Program-made: the position numbers and the translations under genes
Part shown: positions 1 to 12,109 of the stretch, in pieces
Layout: each line of letters opens with the position of its first letter
How positions within the stretch are numbered: the stretch's first letter is position 1
Notes under the pieces: model-generated
What the model was told of the DNA's origin: nothing
The model's input: only the letters and a program-made list of their open reading frames with translations
Database searches by the model: none
NCBI RefSeq assembly: GCF_018977255.1
Contig: NW_024704742.1
Location: 95,110,001-95,174,000, forward strand
Origin: Callorhinchus milii
Taxonomy: Eukaryota
Reading direction: 5' to 3'
DNA: 64,000 bases

Positions 1-17
1 AATAATTATAACAATAA

Positions 18-128
18 AAATCCTTTTATATTGTATTTGATATAGCTCCTTATCACATCTTCTAGACATCTCAAAGTGCTTCACAGAATATACTGTAAAG
101 TGAATTGACTGTATGTTTTGTGGGCAAA
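18..128 (-). mobile_element. SINE 3' fragment (L2-type tail)
   Basis: Reverse complement of the tail cagtcaattcactttacagtatattctgtgaagc...atatcaaat seen in the full-length copies at 35440, 36803 and 54841. Confidence 0.8.
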
Positions 129-1949
129 AGATTCTGATTAAGTACAGTTTTTGTGTACAAAAGGAAATGAATATTGTGCTATTTTGCAATTATAATTTTT
201 AGGCATGAATTTCAGCATTTCAAATATTGTCCGTTCTTTAAACTTGATTGAATGGGGATATTGTATATCAGTTCAAGAGGTGGTGCTATGTTTTAGGATA
301 TGGCATAGTTAAGAATTGATTAACTTACTATATTATATATCCCATGGCCTTTGTGTAGCCGGAGAGCGAGCAAAAGAACTATTCTATTTGAGAAATGTAC
401 ATGTACATGCAATCTGTCCCGAATTGAGGGTGTACCGATCAATAGATACAACAGAACAGATGACAACATTCACTGGAACAATTGAGAGTCCCATAGAATG
501 GGCCATGTGACAACAACTGAACAGCTGCCGGCAACCAAGCCAGCAGGACACCTCACCTTCCCAAACTATTGCTAAAATCTAGTGAATTAGATGCTCAGCC
601 AACTGTGAATAGTAGGTTGCAGAATGATGGGCTATACTGCAGTTCAACAAATTGATGTACAGGATGTATCTGCATGTGAGATATTACAACATATTTACCA
701 AAGTGCAGCCTAATGCAGCCAATCCCAAGAACATATTAGTGAGATGATGATCCCAGCATGAAGTGATTCAGAGACTTTGTAATCCTGTGTAATGTTCCAT
801 GTCATGTGAAAGAACTCTTTTTCTTGCGATTTAATAAAATGCTTTTGTTCGTATCCAGCTGTGTCTAGCGTCTTACTGAAACTCAGTAACAAACAGAAAA
901 AAAAATCTGTCCTGCACAAAACAGTGCTGTCGAGCCAGAACAGACCCTCATCACAACTCTATTAAATAGAGTAGGTTGACTGGGTTGCTTTTATAAGACC
1001 AAAGTAGGTTACTAAAGTTGCACACCGTTACACTGATGATACTCAAGTGCATTAATTCCACACTTCAGTGTTATTTTTGATCAACCCTCGGATGTTTGTT
1101 CAAAGAAATTGTAGTGCAGAATAAACTCAAAAGCCTTTCAACATTAAGATCCCAGACATTGATTTTACTGATGATAGTCTTTTAAAATGTGCTGGTCTTA
1201 GTAGCTTATCCTCAATATCTTATCATTAATGTACCACTGCCTCAAAGTGCTCTTTGAATAGCAGATGACTACCTTTTATACCAGCCAGGAAGTGCACCTG
1301 AGGTCAATAAGTAGCACCCATCTCAAGCCTTGCTTTACATTTGGAAATTCTTAAAATAATAATCCATCACCAAATACCCACTTACATCCTGGAGAACAAA
1401 TGTTATCAGTGGTCTGCTCTACATTTACCAAAAACATTCTTGTCGAATTCACTGAATATACCTCTTCAGGATCTTGACAGGAAATTTTTTTGCTAGATTC
1501 GTCTAACGAATCGAACCAATAAGCTATTCAGACTTTCAAACATGCTTTATGGTGTTAGTTAATTTCAACCAGGGAAGTTGTGGCAGAGCTAGAGAGTGGA
1601 AAAATCCACCAGGGATCCCATTCGTGATTACTGTTCAGACCACTGCTGGAGAGTTCTGGATGCATGTGTGGACATAGAGCACAGGATTGGGTTCTGAAGA
1701 ACTTCCTGCCAAAACTCACTGTTTATTTTATACCTGAAATAATTATTTGGTGGGACCATCCCCTATCTGTCCTTTTTCTATTTTTGTTCCCTCCACCTCT
1801 CTTGAAGTCATTGATCTTGCTGGGGTTTGATATCACGGACCTTGCCACAAAGCTGCTCACCAAGACTTTGACTTTGGCCATTCTTTGCATGTTGAGAGGC
1901 TATTCAACAATAAAGCACCCACAGGCAAGTTTACCATTGTCCTCATGCA

Positions 1950-2280
1950 TTGCTGAGGATGTGCTGCATTGCTGGAGATGCCGTCCTTCGGATAAAACAT
2001 TAAACCAAGGCCCCATCTGCCTGTTTTAGATGAACATTAAAGATCCCTATTCTAAAAGAGAAGAGAATTTGTCCCAGTGTCATGGGCAACAAATACCCCA
2101 AATACAATTGGTCACTCACTCCATGGCTGTTTGTGGGGCATTGCTGTGTGTAACTGGCTGTCCCGCCTTCGCCCACAAAATACAGTCAATCCATTTTACA
2201 GTATATCCTGTGAAGCTCTTTGAGATGACTCAATAATGTGATAAGGCGCTATATCAAATGCAAGGATTATTATTATTATT
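1950..2280 (+). mobile_element. Deu-domain SINE (SacSINE1/AmnSINE-like), 5'-truncated
   Basis: gtgctgcattgctggagatgccgtccttcggat...ttaaaccaaggccccatctgcc...aaagatccc matches the Deu domain as recalled; ends gcgctatatcaaatgcaagg(att)n. Confidence 0.8.
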
Positions 2281-2604
2281 CAATTCAGTTTTAACTTTGA
2301 AGTTGTTCTTCTGTAGTTCTTAAAAGATCATAGAGAATTTGCCAAATTCTAGATACTCCAAAATATTAAAAAAACACAGTGAATTTAGATCCAGAATTTC
2401 TACCCTGAAAAATTATAATTTCAGAACCATATTAAGATCGAAACCACCACTTTTTTAATAGATAAAGCGAGATTTATATTGGAGGAATATTCCCAAGTAC
2501 AAGAGGATAAACGGAACGAAAAGAAAACAAAAGGATTAGGGATGAAAGAAAAGAATACAATTCCATTGTTCGATGAACATACCAACTGTGCTGAAATTAA
2601 TAAC

Positions 2605-2815
2605 AAACAAAAACAAAAGTCGCTGGGAACAGCCAGCAGGTCAGGCAGCATCCACGGAGAAAGGAAAGTGAGTCAATGCCTCGCATCCACGACACTTCAT
2701 CAGACGAAGTTGGGTTCTGACGAAGGGTCGTGGACTGATGTTGCTTGACCTGCTGGGTGTTCCCAGCGACTTCTTTTTTTGTTTCAGTTTTCAGCATCTA
2801 CAGTTTTTTGTGTTT
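2605..2815. mobile_element. Palindromic Penelope-derived short element with 18-bp target-site duplication
   Basis: Inverted arms aagtcgctgggaaca..cagcaggtca.gca.catc / gatg.tgc.tgacctgctg..tgttcccagcgactt; central cttcatcaga / tctgacgaag; tgtgctgaaattaataac at both 2587-2604 and 2816-2833. Confidence 0.75.
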
Positions 2816-3089
2816 TGTGCTGAAATTAATAACTGCTTACAAATGCATTTAATGAGTATCCCTCTGTCTTGATTAATAGTGCTTCGTTGGGATTTTTTTG
2901 GTCTATACAGAGTAGCTCTTCAAATAAAAGAAGTCTTCAAATGAGAGAAGCACTTACAATAAAGCTGCAAATGCATAAGAAATTTACAGTGAATACAGAA
3001 GAAGTAAACTTACACTTTACAGTGAATATAATTAACCCTGGGGATACCTTCTCCCTTAATTGTTTTAATAAATGTTAAAGATCGATGTT

Positions 3090-3196
3090 CTCCTGCTCGG
3101 GTCCGGACCCAACTATACAGCACCTTGGGACGTCCTCCCGACGTGAAAGGCGCTCTATAAATGGAATCTTGTTGTTGTTGTTGTTGTTGTTGTTGT
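3090..3196 (+). mobile_element. L2 LINE 3' terminal fragment with (GTT)n tail
   Basis: ccttgggacgtcctcccgacgtgaaaggcgctctataaat followed by (tgt)n, the same tail as the longer L2 copies. Confidence 0.8.
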
Positions 3197-3879
3197 GACA
3201 GTTGAGCAGGCATCAGAAGATCCTGCATCATCATCCATGGTTTGCTGATAAAATATCAGCAATATACCTCTTACTTAAGGCTGGATCTGTGTTAAATTAT
3301 TTAATCTTTCCTAAGATCAAATTTATGTTGTTAATATCTAGGTATTGCTGGTGGAGGGATTTGGAAATAAATCTAATTAAGTGCCATATGTTTCAAAGAG
3401 AATATGATACAAACTATAGTGTCCTTTGCAAGAAGCAGGTGGGATTGTAACAAATTTCAGAGCAATCTCCGATAGCTTTGCAAGAATGAATAGTATTTTC
3501 TCAAGACCCCATGTAGGACCATCAGTGTGCTATTTACCAGTAACATCAAACTGTTCAAATAACATGAAGCTCACTCAATAATAGTCCAGTAAGATTATAT
3601 TTGTGACGCTTACTGTTTTTAAGGTTTTTTAATTAGTATACTTTTAGAATATAACCAAACACATAATGTTTTTAGAATAGCATTCCTTAGTTATTAGGGC
3701 ATTGACAAGGCTGTGTGTTTTTAATGACTAATTTAGGGCCCCTGAGAGTGTACATGTGCCAATTAGAGTTAACAAAATTAAAGATGTATTGTCTTGACCC
3801 CAGCTGAGGTCAGGTTCTGATAACTTTCCGTCGTTCGGAGCCTGGGTCCCATATCATCCTCCCATCTAAGGATTGAGTA

Positions 3880-5100
3880 ATCATGTCCTTGAGCACAGAT
3901 GTGAAAACAAGGGGCCTCATCTGCTTATCTCAAGGCTAAGAAACAGGAGATGGCAGAATCCTTCCAAAAAGCTGTCTTTCTCTCTTTCTCCTTATCAGTT
4001 CTTTTCCCATGCGAAAAGAGCCCGTCAAGATCACTAGCAGCCTACGAAGGGTGGGGGCTATCTCTGTGACAAGGGGAGAAGGAGTTGGAAAAACATGAAA
4101 GAAAAATGTAGATGATGGTGAAATAGATTGGGACTTCCTGGACAATGAGGTGGCACATTATCATGAGGATGAGCAGGGCATGTTTGGGGACAACCTCCGC
4201 ACTACCAACCTATCATCCCGGTTCATGGAGAACCGGTAGCATTAGTGGCACAAACCATCCATTATGACAATGCTAATTCCCCAGAACAGAAGGGTACACT
4301 GAACAGAACAGGCCACTGTTAGGAGCTGAGGTCCAGTGGGCGATTTGGGAGCTCTTAATTGGAGAGCAGATCCAGCTGAGGCCATGCAGCGGGTGATCAA
4401 TTTTGGGTTACAGCATCTGGAATTGGAAGATGCTAATATTGGTCAGGTTTTAGTTTCTGCATGTGATTCATTGGTGAGACAAGCATTACTTGTAGATCTC
4501 CATAACGCGCAGCCCCCAACTACAGGGGAATGGTGGCAGAGTCCTATTCTTCAGGTCCTGGGGATGGATCACCAAACCCTTTTAAATTATATGAGACAAA
4601 TGCTATACGGTCCCCACGAACACCCTCGGACTTTTGCAGCAAAGTTGTTTAAAGTTTGTCACTTGGGATTGCGAGCAGAGATAGACGCGAGAAAAGCTAC
4701 TATGATACAACAGGAGCAAATCAGACAAGCACAGCAAGCCGCAATTCTAGCAGCGATGCAAGCAGCAGTGCAGGTTAACAATCCAGCTGTGCGTCTCCAT
4801 CCAAATCTCTTACAGTCCGAGCTGAGTACAGGATTTTCTCGGTGTCTCGTTTGCAATAAAAACACTATAGCAGCCGAAGTTCCTCTGTTTGCTAATGTTA
4901 GAGAAATAGCATGAATAGGAGGTAGAGAATTGTTTTGGGTGCAGCTGAATTTTCTATTTTGCAAACGAAAACTAAGTGTGTTTCTGCCTTCTTAAAGGCC
5001 AATAAAAAGGAACTGGAGCAAAATTCACAGCTGAGAAGGCACATTGAAAAGTGAGTACAGTATTTAAACTCATGCCAATCCTGCAGTTGCTGAGGAGAAA
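3880..5100 (+). pseudogene. Decayed gag-like reading frame of an LTR retroelement (tentative)
   Basis: 192-aa ORF 4336-4914 contains YGPHEHPRTFAAKL, resembling the capsid major-homology-region pattern Q.P.E...F..RL, then a Q/A-rich helix; flanked by broken coding-like frames. Confidence 0.4.
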
Positions 5101-6584
5101 CAAAGGGATGAATTGTGAGGAGGAGGTGAGTGTTGAGAATAAGTACAACACAGAGCATTGGTGAACCAACTATTGTCAAGCATATCCGAGGGGAGGAGGA
5201 GGAGGCAAGTTCTGAGAGATTTGCGGGTATCAGAAGCTCACAATTTGCAGTAGCATGACAGGCAGTGAAGTATCTGGTATGATGGAGGAACAAAGCTTGA
5301 GGAATTTAAAACTCACCAGGGAGGCTGGGACTTAGCTTTGCTACATTATCTGCAAAGAACTAGTTTACCATCAGAACTGCACTGATGGGGTGGGGTGGTG
5401 GTGGAGATGGGGTGGTGGTGGGAAACAGACTTACAGTATATCTCGTAAGAAGTGATACCAAACATATCAAAACATTCCAAACATTCTCTTTAATATTGCC
5501 TTGGACATGGATGAGAAGCAGATGAATGTCATGGGAGAACAGGCAGAGAATGGGGTGTAGTAGCCATCAGCAAAGTATTGTTACACAGCTTCAAAGTGAA
5601 GCGGCTGACCAGCCACTGTAGTCAGTGGGATAGTGCGACAGACTCTCCTCCCAGTTATTACAATCAGCAGTACAATTGGCCCACTATTATTTGTGTATGG
5701 GCATATTTACAGTCATTGGTCTGCTATTTCACATCCCGATTTCCTTTTTCACTGTGCAGATTTTGTCTCTTTTTGCACTGTATAATTGACCCTTAAAGGC
5801 TGAAATTCCAGGCAGTGTTATGCATAGTGCCTTTGGCTATGTCGGTCACTGATGGAATTTTACTATTCTGATCTTACATCACCAAAAGCTCTATACAGAA
5901 TGGCGACCAAAATTTTGGCCCATGAATGTTCACGGGTTGGAATACTATAAACTGACAGCAAGTGCCCACTGGGTTTTTCCTTGTTTTATGAAGAAATAAT
6001 TTAGCATATCTTAATTCTAAATATCTGTATGTATCACTGCAATGACACAGTACTCTAACATAACTGCAGAGTTATCAGTACTATATTCTGGGTTACGGTG
6101 ATTAAAACCCAGTGCTTTAGCCAAATATAAAATCCTTGTTGTAATACAATCCATTTCGCATTCCAGCACATTCAGTACAATTCATATAATCCTGCTATTT
6201 TCTATTTATTACTTTACTTTCAATATCATTGTTAACATTTCTCTATCATTACACCTTTTCAGCACATCAATTTTCGCTTGTTAGTATAAATATACCTACT
6301 TTACCAACTAAAATTAATGGTTTACTTTGGGTACTTTCTTCAAGTTGTAAAGAATTTTCCAAATCGCCTGCCAGCCACTAATAATTTCAACATGGACATC
6401 ACAAAAATATTCAAAACCTCTCAAACCGTATATTAAAACAAAGGCATGAGTTATACAGCACTGTGAGTAATATGTCAAAAGAGTGCACAAAATAAACCGT
6501 GTATTTCTAGGTTTGAACCTGACTCCGTGCTTTTGCAGTTAGTCAAAAGACACTTGGCAAAAGATATTTTTTTCATCAGTCGAG

Positions 6585-6990
6585 TGTCTGAAATGGAAAC
6601 CCATCACCATGCTTAAGAGTATCCAAACCAACCAGAAAATTCCTTGCATCCCACCGACATATGGAAATTCCAGAAACAGATTGTCGGAATGGAATGCACA
6701 ATCTCTCCTTGGAGGTACAAATCCTGCTTATCTAATTATGGAAAGTATTAGGCACAGGTTGGCAAGAGTCAAGGTTTGAGGACCCCAGAGTGTGTGTGGG
6801 GTATTGCTAGAGTCTAACCAGCTAAAACCACATAGCTTGCCATTGATATCACTGTCAAGCAAGTTTTCCCGTTGCTTGTCCAACTCGGACCACTCTACCC
6901 ATCAGGACTTTGGTTTGCAGAGTTAACAGGAGCTGAGTTGGCAAAAGACATGTCCTGCATGACCCTGGATGTTCAACACCCCCAGCACAA
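6585..6990 (+). repeat. Unclassified interspersed repeat, family X
   Basis: Aligns by eye with 23697-23963 (+), 27048-27327 (-) and 20207-20390 (-): ggaaacccatcaccatgcttaa, ggaatggaatgcaca, ccagctaaaaccaca.agcttgccat. Confidence 0.7.
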
Positions 6991-8220
6991 GTTTCCTTCA
7001 GCATTAAAACAATGGGTAGGCAGCATTCAGAGCAACTTTGGTGCCATCTCACTTAGAATCAAGGAACATTAAATTTGAGTGACACTGATTAAACCAACTT
7101 TATGTTGTGTTGCTTCAAATTACAGATTTCTATGTAATAGCTCTCCTGGTACACTGTTTCAATTGCACTGATAGATGAATAAAATGATTAACAATAAGCT
7201 TGCACCCACTGACACACATCTTCTTTTGCATTATGTATATGTTTCAAATTGCTATTATTCATTTTGACAATCAGCAAGTACACTGGCACTTTCACAGCAA
7301 GAATACACTTTGCATCATCAGCATTAGCAACAGCATCAGTGCTCACACATGGACACGAAAATTGGGATCTTTGTTATTGAAGCAGCTCACCTGGTATCTA
7401 GAGATCTGAACCTGAGGTCTTATTTTCAATATGAATTATATTCGAGAAATCTTCACTGTCAATTTTCAAGTACTAGCACCTGCAGCTCAGATCTCCTGTT
7501 GTTTGCTAGAAAAAGCAAAGTGATTATAAATATATTCATTAACTGTGATTTCCTCAACTCCATATGATAGTTTCATTTTATTTTACAGTTATCACCATCA
7601 TATTTGCAATGCAGCAAAGATGTTTTTTGTGTACAGAATTTTGCAGATATTTAGTTTTATTTTTCCTTTTTTCCCTAAACCCCCCAACGTCAGGTAGTGA
7701 GACAGTCCAGGACACAAACATTGCCATGGATATTGTCAATACTGTCACATTCAATCATGTGGAAAGTTCAGGAAGTATTTCTTACTCATTTTCTGTTCCC
7801 TTCCCCAAAACTGGTCAAACCTTTCATGAACGAGAAGTCAGAAGTCAATGTCAGATGCCACAGGGATTTAAACTCAAGTCAGAAATAATAATAATAATCC
7901 TTGTCTATGAAAGATAGGGGGTTGAAGGGTGCTGAGGACAAGGCAGGGCAGTGGAATTGAATGAACACCTTATTCAGAGAACCAATGCAGACTGTATAGA
8001 TCAAATGACCTCCTTCTGTGCTGTAAATTTTAGTAATTCTATGATTTATTTGATATAATGCCTTATCAATGTGTCAAGGCATCTCAAAGCACTTAACCAA
8101 GTTTTACTGTGAAGTATAGTAACTGTGTATTTGTAAGCAAACACAGAAGGCAATTTGTGCACATAACAACCTCCCACAAATAGACAAGGTGAGTGACCAA
8201 TTTGAATTGATTAAATATAG

Positions 8221-8724
8221 CAATACAATACAAAATGACATTTGTATAGTGCTTTTCACATCAGGAGGACGTCCCAAGGCTCTGGACAGTCAGGGATTTG
8301 GACCCGAGATGTGGGTTGGGATCGGGGAGAGTGAAGGTCAGGAGGGTGGCTGAAGTCTCGGTCGAAGAGGAAGATTTTGAGATGCACCTTGAAGGAGGCA
8401 AGGGAGGGAATGAGGGGAAGGGAATGTGGGATGGAGTTCCGTAGGGTGGGGGCAGGAAAGGCTGAAGGCCCAGCCACCTATGGTGAAGCAGACAGGGTGG
8501 GTGACATGGAGCAGGCCAGAGTTGCTAAGCAGAGGGAGGGGACAGGTTGATATGGGGTCAGCAGGTTGCAAAGGTAGGGAGGGGCAAGGCCGTGGAGGGC
8601 CTTGAAGGCGAGTACGAGGATTTGGAACTCTATCCTCTGGGGTATAGGGAGCCAGAGGAGCTGGGCGAGGATGCGGTTGATGGGGTCACGGAACCTGGTG
8701 TGGGAGAGGACACAAGCTGCAAAA
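8221..8724 (-). mobile_element. L2 LINE 3' fragment
   Basis: Minus-strand frames give AFS..APTLRNSIP...FK..LK..LFD; L2 tail at ~8225-8280. Confidence 0.85.
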
Positions 8725-8859
8725 ACTTAATAATAATTATCCTTGCATTTGATAAAGCACTCATTACATCATCACAAATTCTCAAATCTCACATGATATA
8801 CTGTAAAGAAGTTTTGGCTCATCTCTTGACACATCCTGACTGAGAGCATAGGCAGGTGG

Positions 8860-9240
8860 TCAAAACCAAACCCTTTTCGTCTGGCAAATAACACAATTAG
8901 TAACGACTTGATTTAAATATGGTGTTAGTCCTACAGCATAGCAGGTTTTAGTTATCCACTTAAATATTGACACTGTTTCTTCATGTGTAAACTGAGGGAC
9001 CAAATGAACAACCCATGGATATAGTATTTTGGGAAGTACAGTTCTTCCATCATTACTCACCCATATTCCTTGATTATTAATATAACAATTGTCCTTTTTC
9101 CAACTAGACATTTCATCGGTAGAGGCTTGATACTGTAAAGTCCATACTTCATTTAGTCCAATTGAATTAAGACAATCGATATCCAAATAATCTTTTACAG
9201 TACACATCGGTACCATACTTGTATCATCTGATAACGCCGT
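8860..9240 (-). pseudogene. pol: ERV integrase N-terminal zinc-binding region, truncated
   Basis: GIW...DGR.VLPK....H.....H...CVICQ, then a stop and no DDE core. Confidence 0.8.
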
Positions 9241-10062
9241 TAATTTAGCTGTCGCATCAGCCAGCCTGTTCCCTTGAGAGACTGTGTCTGTGCCAGTGGT
9301 GTGTGCATTACACTTCACTACTGCTAATCTTGATGGCAAAAGAATAGCTTTCAGTAAATTAAAAATATGCTTCCCATTTTTAATAGGCGATCGGTAGAGG
9401 TGAGGAATCCTCTTTCTTCCCATAATCTGCCAAAATCATGACATACTCCAAAAGCGTATCTAGAGTCTGTATAAACATTTAAGGTTTTCCCTTCTGATAA
9501 AACACACGCTCTTGTTAATGCAAATATTTCTTCTATTTGCGCAGATGTATTAGTTGGTAACTTATTACTTTCTACGATCTCAAACTGTGTACATATAGCA
9601 TAGGACGAGCATAACTTTCCATTTGGGTTGTAACAAGCTGATCCATGCATATACCACTCATTGTCTGCATTAGTCAGTGGGGAATCCTGTAAGTCAGGTC
9701 TTGGTTTTGTTTCTAGATAAATAACTTGTTCACAGTTATGTGGTTCTCCTTGCTGTTTCAATTGGTAATAATGTGGCTGGATTTAAGGTATTGCATCGCT
9801 TAATTGTCAGGTTAAAATTTGACAGTAAAACAACTTCATATTTGCTAGACCTAGTACTGGTTAACTGTTGAGTTGCATGTTTTAATAAACAAGCTTCCAC
9901 TGCATGTGGAACATGCACCTCCATTGGGTGATTTAAAGTGAATATTTCTGCTTGTATAACAGCATAATATGTTGCGGCAACAGCTTTAAGGCATCCCGGT
10001 AAAGCACTAGCTACTGGGTCAAGTTTAGTTGAAATGTAAGCAATAGGTCGCTGTTTCCACAA
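9240..10062 (-). pseudogene. pol: ERV connection domain and RNase H, frameshifted
   Basis: RPIAYIS.KLDPVA..LP.CLKAVAA, LNPATLLP, PRPDLQD.PL, SAQ..E..ALTRAC, NVYTDSRYAFG, GN.LAD. Confidence 0.92.
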
Positions 10063-11148
10063 TGTCCTTGAGTTAGTACAGCATGTACAAATCCTCCCTT
10101 TTCATGTACAAATAAATGAGAAAGTTTCTTATAGTTTGGTAACCCTAGTGCTGGCGCACTCTGTAGTGCCAATTTTAAATCATCAAAAGCTTTATTTACT
10201 GTTTCTGTCCACGACAAAGACTCTGGTGATTCTGGATTAGATATGTCCAATAGTGGTCTGGATAATGTAGCACATTCTGAAATCCACTGTCTCCAATAAT
10301 TAGCCATTCCCAAAAAATGTTTCATTTGCATGATTGTATTAAGCTTAGGTAAATTACAAATCCCTTGTATTCTTTTCTCACTAAGTGCTTTTGTAGCTTC
10401 ACACAATTGGTGTGTGTCCCAAATAAGTTACAGTCGGACTTACCAATTGGAGTTTTTCCTTTGCGACTTTATGTCCTTTTTCTGCAAGGGCTTTCAATAA
10501 GATTTCAGTATCAATTTTACATCCTTCTTTTGTGGTTGATGCTATCAGTAAATCATCCACATATTGTGTTAAAGTTGACCCACCTGTTAATTTAACATTA
10601 GACAAGTCTTCTTTTAAACATTGTGAGAAAATTGTGGGACTCTCACAATATGCTTGATGTAATCTTGCCCAAGTGTACTGTTCTCCTTTATACGTAAATG
10701 CAAACAAATATTGAGACTCAACATGTATAGGGATTGAGAAAAATGCTGAACATAAATCGATTACTGAATAAAATTTTGTATCAGTTGGTATAGTAGTCAA
10801 AATAGTAGTTGGATTGGGCACAACAGGGCAGCAAAGTATTACAACGTCATTAATAGCTCTTAAATCTTGTACAAATCTCCAGCGCTTTCCATCTGCTTTT
10901 AAAATTGGCAGAATGGGCGTATTACATGGACTTTTATATTTAGTGAGGATTCCTTGTTCAAGTAAACTTTTAATTACATCCCGTATTCCTGCTTTAGCCT
11001 CTGGTTTTAGATGGTACTGAGGACAGTAAGGCATTGCCTTCTCAGGGTGAACTGTAATCTTGTATGGTTTGGCTGTGAGAATCTTACCGACATCGTTAGG
11101 ATGAGTCGTCCATAATTCGTCTGGTATTTCATTCAACCATTGCGGCAT
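10063..11148 (-). pseudogene. pol: ERV reverse transcriptase, frameshifted
   Basis: SPCNTPILPI.K, WRFVQDLRAIN, IDLCSAFFSIP, FAFTY.G.QYTW, QYVDDLL (YVDD at 10563-10552), FLGM.NY.RQWI. Confidence 0.97.
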
Positions 11149-11219
11149 TACTATGTTGGATGTTACTAAATTATTTAATTCAAATCTTGCTGCTGGCTCT
11201 ACCGATTCAAATTTTATAC

Positions 11220-11680
11220 GATATCAATCCATTTCTAGGTTGTATTCTAGTCCTTCATAAAGGGAAATATATGGTAACTTTTTGTTAAGTAATACCATAT
11301 TTCCTAGCTCTTTAGCAGCAAATCCCTTTGTTACTTGTAATGTCAAATGTGGCGCACTGTTTTGTACAAGAAAATATTCCTGTTCTGCTGTAGGTAAGGT
11401 TATTGCGACTGCAATTCCCTGCTTTCCTCATAAATATATTTAGTTTTAAATGCAGTAGTAGTGTTAAGGTGCAATTTTAATTTGTATACTGTCTCATGAG
11501 TCACCGAGGTAAAATCGAAAAGAGCAGTACAATGCAAACTCGTTTTCCACGTTGTCAATTGTAAATCTTTCAAATATTGTATAAACTGCGGGTAAGCTTG
11601 TTTTCTTACTATACTCTCCAATTCTTTGGTAATTTGTTTTGATTCAATTAAATTCCATGCATAGTACCGTTGTGTACATC
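11220..11680 (-). pseudogene. 2H-phosphoesterase-like domain between protease and RT
   Basis: LHCT (HCT at 11534-11526) and, after a 1-nt frameshift near 11428, GKQGIAVAI...APHLTL (HLT at 11349-11341)...AKELGNMV. Confidence 0.8.
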
Positions 11681-11719
11681 TCTCCATTAGTGAACACATA
11701 TTACTGTATTCATTCTCAG

Positions 11720-12050
11720 GTATTTGTATAATTAAACCATCCGCTGTACAATTTATTATAGCTCCTAATTTACACAGCAAATCTCTTCCACACAGGTTAA
11801 TTGGGAAATCTTCACTTACCAGAAAGGTGCGAATTTCATCAACTTTCTGTCCTCCCAATTGTCCTGTAACTTTAATACCTTTTGTCCTCAGGAGTAGCAT
11901 AGGTTTTCCCGTTACTCCTACTACAGAGACAGGGGTCCTGTTGTCAATTTGAGTTGATCTTTTTAAAGCTGAAAAAGTAGCCCTTGTATCGACTAAAAGT
12001 TCTTCTGTTTTTCCTTCAATCTGTAATGTAATAATCGGTTCTTTGTTTTT
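11720..12050 (-). pseudogene. pro: ERV aspartic protease with DTG changed to DTR
   Basis: LLVDTRATFS.L (Asp codon 11990-11988), VVGVTG flap, PINLCGRDLLCKL. Confidence 0.92.
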
Positions 12051-12109
12051 AGTAGGACACCCCAATGGTAATAATTTCCCATCAGGGCTTACCTTATTTC
12101 TGGCTTGCC

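Noticed and set aside
384..560. Minus-strand peptide containing VVSIDRY, like a GPCR DRY motif
   Set aside because: A stop follows within ~17 codons and no other 7TM motifs are nearby.
5795..5922. Possible MITE (aggctgaaatt ... aattttggccc)
   Set aside because: Terminal repeats are short and imperfect, with no clear TSD or second copy.
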